This document shows, one piece after another, positions 54,471 to 64,000 of a DNA stretch of 64,000 nt (position 1 is the first letter of the stretch; each line of letters begins with the position of its first letter). This stretch comes from Lama guanicoe (taxonomy: Eukaryota). The stretch is from the NCBI GenBank assembly GCA_013239625.1, contig MU055928.1, forward strand, positions 4,342,499 to 4,406,498. The letters are read 5' to 3'. Position numbers and translations under genes: made by a program. The notes beneath the pieces were generated by a model. It did no database searches. It was not told the DNA's origin and saw only the letters and a program-made list of their open reading frames with translations.

Positions 54471-54974
54471 GCAAGGTCAAGACAGATCCACATATGGACA
54501 CAGACAGATCATAAACATGGAAAGGAGAGAGACGCAGAAAGGGAGACTTGGACACATGGGGGAAAGGGGAAAAATAATAGAAAAGAGTTGGTAATACAAA
54601 AAAGAGATGACTAATAGAGAAAAAAATTTAAGATGGAATGTGGAACATATAGGGAAGGGATTACTTTGAAAAAAAAGTGCAAAATTCTTCCCATGAGATA
54701 TGTAAGAAAGAAGTAAAGATGCATAAAAAGATATACTGAAGCTGAGGACACAGAGCCTGACAAAGTATTATCTATTAAATAATATCAGGTCAATGTCATC
54801 AATACAGTATGGGTCAACGCTGACTGCTAAAACTACATGGCAGAGGTGAAGTTTAGGGCCCCTTGGGGCAACAGGAGAAAGAGTAAGCTATTGCTGAATA
54901 CAGTAGGAGGACCAGAGAGGCTAGTAATTTGAGAGCAGAGGAAGGAGAGGTCAAGGGCAGAGGGACCAGCACAG

Positions 54975-55170
54975 GAAAGAGTGATGAGGAACAAGGCTCT
55001 GGAGTTAGACAGAACACTCCGAAGCCCATCCCACTACATCTCAGCTATGAAACTTCAGGCAAATTACTTAACCTCTCTCTCTCTGCCTCAGTGTCCTCGT
55101 CTGGAAAATAGAGATGACAGTATGATCTACTTCAGATGATCGTTGTTAGCATTAAAGATATTTATAAACA
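54975..55170 (+). mobile_element. MIR SINE
   Basis: ggctctggagttagacag..ggcaaattacttaacctctctctctctgcctcagtgtcctcgtctggaaaatagagatgac. Confidence 0.8.
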
Positions 55171-55321
55171 CAAACTGCTGGAAATAAAGGTTTGCCCATA
55201 GAGAGAGCACACAGCCTTCTCCACTTGGCTTTACACTCACTCAGTGTGGCTGACCTCACGAGAAAGAAAAACATTTTTGAACTTATGTACGCTGAGTAAA
55301 TGACAGACCACAGGCTACGTT

Positions 55322-55451
55322 AAATTATTTACAAATTTAAAAGTAGAGTATTACCAGCCCCAGACATCTCTTATTGGCTCAATCTCAAATTATTTACAAA
55401 TTTAAAAGTAGACTATTACTAGCCCCAGACATCTCTTATTGGCTCAATCTC
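55322..55451. repeat. 65-bp tandem duplication (2 copies, 2 mismatches)
   Basis: aaattatttacaaatttaaaagtaga(g/c)tattac(c/t)agccccagacatctcttattggctcaatctc at 55322-55386 and 55387-55451. Confidence 0.95.
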
Positions 55452-58400
55452 TTGCTTTATCAGAAGGAAAAAACAAAACAAATTCCAACATGGTGTGTGG
55501 TGCAAGAAATAACTCTGTCAATTCCCCTTCACGATTCTGGATTATTACAGATTATTACAGCATTGTACTTTTTTCTACTTCTAAATGCATCAATTCTTCA
55601 AAACTCTAAACCTCTGCCACTCTGACCACAAGTTTCTCATCAGCTATAGAAGGCTGGGGTGAAACAGCTCTGTATGCATGTATTGAGGCTGGAGTTGGGT
55701 GAGTAAATTGTATCACATCAGGCACATTTTGGATTTGTATGTCAACCTGTATTGGGTGGATACCTGCGGTAGGGAATGGCTGGCTGTGAGATGTCCTAAA
55801 CAGTGTAGGCGACTGCTGAGTCACCAAGTGGCCACACCTTTTTAAAACTCCCCCCAAGTGTCACATAGCCTTCTCTACTTGGCTTTATCTCAAGTCCCAG
55901 GAACTTCAGCGACTGGATCAGCCTTTATATACTTTGGCCTGCATGGTGTCTATCTGCTGCACACCCAAGCTTACTTGTTCCACCATGTCGTATACAATAA
56001 TTATGCAAGTGTTTACAAGAGAGCGTTAGAAAGGATAAATTTTAATAGAGTGCATTACAGCCAGTCATTTTCCTTTGATGTCTCAAAGATCTGGAGTGGA
56101 GTTTATTTTTGTCTATTTAATCCTTTAGAAAACATTTGCAGAGTACCATTAACATAAGTAAACTCTTCTATATCCCTTTATCAAAATGCCATCACCAGTT
56201 ACAACCCTCCAATTCATAATGTACTTGCCAAGGATAGCTTTCCTCAGTCCACAATTCCCAGTTGACGCCTAGCCCATCATTTTAATACTTAAATACCTAC
56301 AGCCATGAGACAGCAGGATAATTTCTTATGAAAAGACTCAGTGAGGAGGAGAGAAATCACATGCTCCTTGTGATGAATGATCTTAGCCACTACAGGACAA
56401 TTAGCAACCCAACCCACCTCCACACCTAGTACCAAATGCCAATAAAAACTTGCACCTTTCACATTCGTCCAAAAAGCCCCACAGGTTCCTTAATACCACT
56501 AGGCAGAAGGTACCAACCACACTCCCAATGAGAACCCCAGGCAGTGATTACAAAGAACTTCTTAGAAATACAAGCTGGGCCTGAGTGTTCTGAAAGGGAC
56601 TGTATTTTTTAAGAACTCTGGCATGGGAATTCAAACTGCTTGGATCCAAATCTTGTGAATTCTTGGAGTATGAACCTAACATTACTGTGTCTCCTTCTTC
56701 ATCATAAATGGAGACGAAAGTAGGGCATACCTTGTAGGGCTATTTCCAGGATAGAATAAAATAATACAAATAAAGTAGTTAGAAATTTACCTGGCTTCTA
56801 AGTTAAAAATTCAAACAGGTTAAGTATTAATTACCTGTGATTTCCAATGTCAACAGGCATAATAGGTACTGAGGCACTCTGTGGAATACTGATTTTATCA
56901 ATTTGTCTAACCTTAGTTATACAAGGTTTCCTAAATGTGATAAGATAAGGTCATCAGACAGATCAATTATCATTATAGTTGGAGGACCCGGATGCCATAC
57001 ATGTTTTGCCTCATTAATAAAATTTCCTTTGGAAAGGAGCTTACCTGTGGAGGAATGTACCATAAATACAATGCATTACATTCAGGCTGGCCATTATTTA
57101 GCTGCACAGTCATTTTCTCTTTTCAGTGTCACCCCAGCTCCAAAATCTGCTCAAGTGCAATATCAGCTGCATGAAACTTTTACCTGTGTTAATGACCTAT
57201 AAGTGCCAGTCAGCAGGATGATGCATTCTCATTAGTGGTCCCCACCTCATTAGACGCCTACTCTCACCGATAATGGATTTCAGAGGTCAATAAAAAAATC
57301 TCAGGAAGAATTCTCTTCAATTTAATAGTTAGACAGGTGTGCGGAAGCCAAGTGCTATACCTGGTTGGATTCTGCATGCCTACAACAATTGCAAAGGCAT
57401 CTGTAAAAACCGAGCACTAAATCCCAACATGGTTTCTGCCGAAGAAACCATTAACTCTAATACCAAGGAAGACTAAATAAAAATTTGATTGGATTCTTCC
57501 CATCCAGTTTTCAGAAAGTACTACAAGTCATCAGAGTGATCTCAATAACTCCCAGGAAGAGCATCTCTATTAAACACCCAAGAATTTATATTGGTTTTAA
57601 TATCCAATCTCATGTCACCTGATAAATGAGCTACAGTAGCAGTGTCCTTTAAAAAAATGCAATGTCATCCTTCTAGCCTTTTCAACAAAAGTATCAATAC
57701 TGAAACATAAGGTAAAATAGCTAAGCAACATAAAAAGTGTCGTGGTATTTCTGTTATTTCTCAGTGCCCCACGAAGGGATTATTCTGTCTCATGTGCATG
57801 GGTAGATACCTATAAGCCAGCCAGGGTCCACTTTAATAACAGCACTGATAAAGGTAAGAGCAGGGCTAGCCAGCAAGCTTGCTAAAAAGCAGTGTCTAAG
57901 GAGTGGAGGCTTATGCACACACAAGCTACCCAAAGTAAGATGTGTTTTCTGAGATAAACTGGAGAGGAAAAGCTTAAATCAACCTTCTCTTCAAATAAAC
58001 AAGACACATCTTATCAATGTAAGAGAAATCACCTACCCAGAAACTCCTTGCATTTCTGCCAAAAATGTATTTACAAACTATGTAGGAAAGGAGTTCTACG
58101 ATGTCACTGCACCCTGGCCATGTCTCAAGATTTATAGTTAGTGACATTTGCACTAACCAGGTAGCAAATTGAATCTCACATGAGAAGGATGAAATAGGGA
58201 AATATAACGTGAATCCAAAAATAGTATTTTTCTGACAATAAAAAGTCAAGACCCAGAAAGGTATAGATGGCTTTGTGTTCTTATATAAACCATTTTTCCG
58301 TTATGAAGCATTCACATTTCAGAAAATCAAAGATGAAGCAAAGAAGTAGCATATACATTTAAATGTTCAAAATCCTCTGGCGTCTATTCATAACCGCTCA

Positions 58401-58988
58401 AGAGCAGAAAGGAAAAGCCGAATTAGATTTGGCTTCTGTCTCAGACAGTTCGGGGATGATCCCCCTGATGCTACAGAATTCAGTGCAAACTTCTTCAGGC
58501 AGTCAAGGCGACCCAGCAATTGGTAAACATTCAGACTTCCCCTGAGCTTCTCGCTATGCTTGACACAGTGACCAAGAATGAGTATCTCCTAGCGTTCATC
58601 AGTTCTAATCTGGAAATAAAACCATGCCCCATCCTCAGAGGATGCGTTTCTGTCATCTCCCCATTCTGTAGTTCTCTCCTAACGGGGTTAGCATCTAAGT
58701 GGCCGCGCATTCAGCCCTTGACATACTCGCCTCCCCAGCTCCTCACTTCGGCAAATGAGCCGGGCAGGATTCCCTCCCATCAAACCTGTGGAATAACCCA
58801 CTCCTCCGGACTATGAGATACTTCTCCAGAAAATAATAATAATAAATGATAGATAGATATAGATCATTGGTCTCTAGAAAGAACATGTCAAGAAACCCGC
58901 TGTTCAACATGATTTCTTTCAAAACCCTTTCAGAAAGTGGAACTTGTAGTCAATTACTCTTCCAAACAGGAAATCAACTCTCTCTCTT

Positions 58989-59034
58989 ACACACACACAC
59001 GCGCGCACGCACACACACAAACACACACACACAC
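58989..59034. repeat. (CA)n/(CG)n microsatellite at the CpG-island edge
   Basis: acacacacacacgcgcgcacgcacacacacaaacacacacacacac. Confidence 0.9.
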
Positions 59035-60000
59035 CGGGCGGGGGTGGGGAGTGGTGAAATTCTGTCAGCAGCTGAGAAAGTATCAGTCAGGTAGGAAGCA
59101 CACAGCCCTGGATCGCGGTCTCTGCCCGAGGACGCGCTGGGGACCGCGCTCTCGCCGCGCTCGGTCTGGGACAGCCCACGGACCCCGCCCGCTGCCCGCT
59201 GGCAGCTCACGCCCTGCACCCCTTCCCGGAGGGAACGGCTCCGGTCGCAGGGGCCGCAGCAAGTCCGCGGTGGGAGGAGGCGCACAGGGCCGGCTCTCCC
59301 CACGCGTCCCGGAGCGCGCGGGTACCACTTACATGCTCGGCCGGAGCTGAAGGGCGCTGCCTGGCGGCCACCCAGGCGCAGAAGCACCAGAGCCACAGTC
59401 GGCAGGTCATCTCCGCGGGGCGGAGCGGCTTCAGCCGCCACCCCGGCCGCGCGCCGAGCGCCACTCGGGCTCCGCGAGTCCGAGCCCGGCACAGAAGTTG
59501 AGCTCGCCGGACAGAAGTTGGTGTGCGGGGCTCGCGGGGCCGGCGAGGTGCGTCTCCCTGCGGAGGGCGCGGCAGCAGCTCTGCCCCACTAGGCAGCACC
59601 GCCGACTGGGAGAGCTCGGGCGCTGAGGCCGGGCCAGCCCCCGAGGCGCCTGGGCCGGCGAGATGCGCACCCTAGCTCCTTCGGGAGCGACTGGAAACCT
59701 GCGATCCCCACGGCCCCGCAGCCCCCGCAGCCTTGGTGCCATGGAAACGCGCTCGCAGCCCTCCGGGCCCGGCCCCTCTGGAGCGCTTAAAGAGACAGCC
59801 CCGCCGCCACCACGGGCTCGCGCTGCTGGGCGCCCCCCACCCCCGCGCCCTCCTCACCCCTCCTCTCCACAAGCGTCCCGGAGGCGGCGAGGCAGTGGTT
59901 GGACACTGGGGGCTGGAAGGGCATCTGAGACGCGACGTAGGGGGCTCTGCTCAATCCTCCCGCCCAACTCTGCTCCCCACCTCTTCCTACCCACCCCCAC
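59030..60000 (-). promoter_or_regulatory. CpG island / promoter spanning EGFEM1 exon 1
   Basis: Abrupt GC- and CpG-rich block in otherwise AT-rich, CpG-depleted DNA, with GC-box-like motifs and the first coding exon inside it. Confidence 0.9.
59333..59410 (-). pseudogene. EGFEM1: EGFEM1 coding exon 1 (signal peptide), 78 nt, inferred 11-bp frameshifting deletion
   Basis: ATG at 59410-59408 (gcggagATGa); donor CAT|gtaagt at 59332. MTCRLWLWCFCAWVAA is in one frame and GSALQLRPS-AT| in another. Confidence 0.85.
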
Positions 60001-60454
60001 CCACACCACGCACACCCAAACCCCGCCAAAGAGGCGAAGCAGCTCTGGCCTCCCCTCAGACACCAACCTGCTCAGAATCAAGCCAGCTGTGCATCTGCCA
60101 CAAGCAGAGACCAAAGGAAGGCTGACTTTTGATTCTTTCTTGCTCTGCTCGCACCCAGCCCAAGTCTCCGGAGTCGGTCAGAACACAAGCTGGGGGGAGG
60201 TGCGTTTGAAGTGGGAACCAAACAGCAGTTGATAGAGTCAAATCTCCTGCCAACTCGACAGTTGCAGGACACATCGTCGGCTCATCCAGAAATCCTCGTC
60301 ACTCCAAATGGGATCCTCTCCCTTCCATTTATTTGGCCACTATCTACCTCACCCACTTCAGGCATCCGAGTTATAAGGAGGAGCCAACCCTTTTCCAAAC
60401 CTACTCCCTCCTTTCCTTCAAACCAGCTCCTCTTCCCTCTAATTTGCTGAGGAG

Positions 60455-60625
60455 CAGTCAGTCGCGAGCCCCCAGAGCCCTTCCAGAAGGGAACAGCGTC
60501 TGCTCGGAACGCGAGGCTGTGGCTGCGGCGCTGGCCCGACTGCCTGGGACGCACAGCCAAGCGTCGCGCGGTCGCCAGCAGCTCCGGCCCGAAGCGATGC
60601 CTCTGCCCGGCGCCAGCTGCTGTCT
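60455..60625. promoter_or_regulatory. Satellite CpG-rich patch upstream of the main island
   Basis: Dense CpGs (gtcgcgag, gcgtcgcgcggtcgcc) about 1.1 kb upstream of the ATG. Confidence 0.55.
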
Positions 60626-63600
60626 GGAAGGCCACAAACCTCTGGAGTCTTTTTCGTGAAAATAAAAATCTATGGTGCATTGTGCCCTCCAACAAGGACA
60701 GCCCGGCTCCGAAGCCATAATCTGCAGTTTAGCCCTGCAGGGAATGGAGTAATCTGCAGCGGGACAACTTTTTTCTTTGATTCCCAAACTTACGGAAAGT
60801 AGCTCTCCAATGACTCACTCATAGTTACACATTTAAAGTGGTACCACCTGATTTCCTCAGTCCTAGGAGCCCTAAAATGATCTTCCCCAAATGGTCTTTT
60901 GGTCTCCCCTCTGCACTTCACAGTTGAATTAACCGTCTGGTTCTTAGAGTCAGTCTTCTGAGCCTTTGTTCTCCTTTCTTTTCTTTCTGCCTTTTCTGCA
61001 GCTAAAGAAGCAATTGGGCATTTACCCGAGAGACTGAGGGGCAAACTTCTGGGGTTTCTATAAAAAGAAAGAAAAAGGTGAGGGTGTGATAGAACCATAC
61101 CACTCCTGAATTATTTCACATTCTGTGACTTTGCCCTCCTTGATTTGTGGAGTTGGAATTCACACCACCCTGCAGCATCTTTTGTTTCTCCTGGACATAC
61201 TTTTATTTTTCACTTTTTTAATTGAAGTTTAACTTAAAGTGAAAATGATAAATATACAACTAGATGCTATCTATCTTTCAATATACATCTTTAACAAACA
61301 CAATTTTGAAGCCATTTGCATAGTAGAAATCGTTATTTGAACCCCTTATTTTATAAAACAGCGATTCATTCTTTCTTTCTTTTTTTTTCTTTTTTCTTTT
61401 TTTCCTAAATACTGGTTATACAGGGACCAGACTTTGTCTAGTCGCAGAGAGAGTGGACTTGGGGACAGTGCTGACATATGTCACAGAAATGCATTGTCAC
61501 TTGGCTAACTCTTAATTAGTTCTGATAACGGCATGCCCAGCATGGGTCCTTGAAACACATTGATAATTTTAACATCTATTTTTAACTCTTAACTTCTCCT
61601 GAACCTCTTTGTCACCTTTGTTACCAAGTAACAAAGTTGAGTGCTTAATTTCACCTCCTCTTCTTTTTCCTCTCCCTTTTCTAGTGAGGTGCTAATGAAC
61701 AGTGAAATAACCAAAGGGCAGGTGGGGTAGAAAGTTAGAAAAAGAAACTTTGTTCACAGTAATGGTGACTCCTGAACTGAGTGTAGTGACTTCATAAGAT
61801 GGGGCTGTTTTCTTCCCTTCTGGATAAGTAAGGAGAGGTGAAAAGATTAATCCTTTCCCTTAATTCAATTTCTAGTTGGTCTTTTGGATGAAACCTAAAG
61901 ACTCCAGGTTATTTCAATCCAGTTTGATTTTAATTGTTTTAATGAAAATGTACAGCATACCTGAAGATGACAATATAGATGAGCTGTACGTGGACATTCC
62001 TGTGATTTGCTAAACCTTTCTTTGCTTCTTGACTAGTTTTAACTCTGCAGGGCTCTATCTTCAACTAATCTCATTCCCTCCTGGAGTGTAAAAAGTTCCT
62101 AATCATTTTCTTTCTTTATATTACAGAAAGCCTTGCATAAATAATAGACCTTCTTTATTATGAGGCTAAATTTTATGTAAGCCACAACTGAAACTAAGAG
62201 CTATTTTAAGAGCTAAAAAATAATGGGGAAATACAGGAATCTATACAAATTACCTGACTGCATGGTTGTTTAGTAAAGGGCATGTTTAGTTTGGGTGCAA
62301 GGCAAGTGAATCAGTAAACTGAAAATCCCAAGTCAGAAAAATTTCCTTTTATGTACGTTAGTTTAAAGCATGTTTATTATAGATGAACTTTTAAAGCACT
62401 TTGGATGTGACAGGCTAAATATGTGTATAAATATATTTGTGTATATGTCATAAAGTAAGGTTGATTTCAAATTATTCTAGCATGGATGATATTAGAAACA
62501 CAATGCCATGTAAGCAATTATTAGTAAATGAAACATACTCTTCTAGTATAAGGATTTAAAATTTTCCATGAACTAGAAGACCCTAATTTGAACTCACTTC
62601 TCCTTTTGCAATCTATTCACACAATTTAAATAATTTATGATTTGGTTTGATTGGTTGACTATGCTATTCTCTAAAAAAGGGGTGCATTATGAAACCTGTT
62701 AGTTACAGCCTTACATATGAAAAGAACAATGCATTTTGGTGGTTTGGGGATGCTGTGAACACAAAAAATGAAGCCAGATACAGACAAAACAATTCAATCA
62801 GTATTTATTGCCCAAAGTGAAAGACATTTTAAAATGACAAAGCAAGAGAATGAACCACATACACAAAGAACCAATTTTTAAAATTAAGAGAGAAAAGTTT
62901 TGTGTTGATGGCATCCCTTGCACGGATGTAAATTTCATGTGGGGATGGGGAGAGAAATATCGTGAATTGGGTTTCATTTCTGTGAATGATCTCTTACACT
63001 GCCAACCTGGACAGGTTTTTAAAAATAAATTTGATATAGCAGACAAATGTTCTCTCTGAGAGGCATCCAAAGGATTGGGGTTGGGGAGGACCTCCAGTGG
63101 GAATGCCACATGCTACCCCACTCTCTCCAGACCTGTATCAAAGGAGTAATAAATCTAACCAGCTTCTCCCTTGTTAGGAGGAGGCGGGGTAAGCCAATTT
63201 CATGCTTTATGATGCTGGTTGTAAAAAGGAATGCTTACCTAAAAAGAAATAGATTCCGACCAGATGTTCTCAAAATCTTCCTCAGCTGCTGCTTCAAGCT
63301 TTACAGCCACCACCTACTTTATCTTCTCGTCTATCTTCTTCTAATTGAGAAATTGTTGATCCATGCAGTTCGTCAGGCAGACTGCTGCAAAAACCTTCCT
63401 GCCAAAGCTTTTCAGCCCTGCTCTCCTGCACACAAAAACTTCCAGTGTCTGCATGGGGACAGGAAAAAAAAGCAGGCCACTTCATTTGGCAGGTGTTGTG
63501 GGTTGAAAGAGGAGGAGGTCAGAAAGCAATTCTTCAAAGGACAGATTCTGTCACCTGAAAGTGTAATAAATTGCCATTATAGAAATGCCTACAAGTACTA

Positions 63601-64000
63601 ATGAGCCATGTACATTGAAATCTCGATGTCAGGCAAAACAGAATGAAGTTCACCCAGGAACCAACTGGGATTGTCACACCAAGATGTGAAAAATCATTCT
63701 CACTTTAGTTTCATCTGCCACTAAATTTTGTCCCTACAAACCAAAGCTCTCTTTTTAAGGACAATGATAGATTTAGCGTAAAACCCCTAAAATGTTTGTC
63801 TAGTAATTAATATATAATTTCTCAGTCCATACTACTCATTGGCCATAAAGACTTGACCAATCAGATGTGAATTATAATAGAATTACCAACTCCAGAATTA
63901 CATGTATTAGAACACAATTAGAAGATTCGCTCATGTACACATTTGACTGGTACTTTTTTAGAAACTATACTTTGCACAGCTAATTCTCTGTGTGTGTGTG

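Larger units (their letters stand above)
3367..59410 (-). pseudogene. EGFEM1: EGFEM1 (EGF-like and EMI domain-containing 1; MEGF6 paralogue), coding exons 1-4, frameshifted; gene continues beyond window start
   Basis: Four GT-AG exons splice to a signal peptide (MTCRLWLWCFCAWVAA..GSALQLRPSM), an EMI domain (PNVCEEQKLTVVGLAHPCVQ..WK.GCTGPRRCVGYE..YRRCPGW..EPGC) and an EGF repeat (CFNGRR..CQCCKGFQGPRCQY). The N-terminus matches mouse Egfem1 as recalled (MTSPLCFWCFCVWAAANWPPGSALQLQPGMPNVC) better than MEGF6. Two frameshifts are present. Confidence 0.88.

Noticed and set aside
3367-59410. Assignment to MEGF6 itself
   Set aside because: The short MT..LWCFCAW signal exon, the missing first Cys of EGF1 and the AT-rich long-intron context fit EGFEM1 better.
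58846-60787. Many overlapping 80-190 aa ORFs on both strands
   Set aside because: Stop-codon depletion in a CpG island gives R/P/G/A-rich translations; only 59333-59410 shows family similarity and a splice donor.
63047-63601. 184-aa plus-strand ORF
   Set aside because: No recognisable domain or homology; treated as a chance ORF pending a BLASTP search.

Overview
Mammalian (eutherian) genomic DNA, not prokaryotic. The L1 3' ends at 9.5 kb and 34.6 kb look artiodactyl, probably camelid (inference). The window holds the 5' part of one minus-strand gene, recognisable as EGFEM1 (EGF-like and EMI domain-containing 1, a MEGF6 paralogue). A CpG-island promoter and signal-peptide exon lie at ~59.3 kb, followed by a 51.7-kb first intron, two EMI-domain exons (7454-7586, 4864-4973) and an EGF exon (3367-3471); the gene continues beyond position 1. 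All splice sites are canonical, but the reading frame is broken by an inferred 11-bp deletion in exon 1 and a 2-bp deletion in exon 2, and conserved Cys/Trp residues are lost. It therefore looks like a unitary pseudogene that may still be transcribed. The rest is intronic or upstream DNA with old repeats (L2, MIR, L1M, MER5, MLT1), an ERV1-class proviral remnant, solo LTRs, microsatellites and three N-gaps. Notable structures: a templated insertion in the ERV that places TATA, Inr and CCAAT elements at canonical spacing in the host-gene direction, an intronic CpG/CTCF element, a hairpin at 49.7 kb and a 65-bp tandem duplication. Almost all ORFs in the track are spurious. Repeat family names come from recalled consensus sequences and need RepeatMasker/Dfam confirmation.
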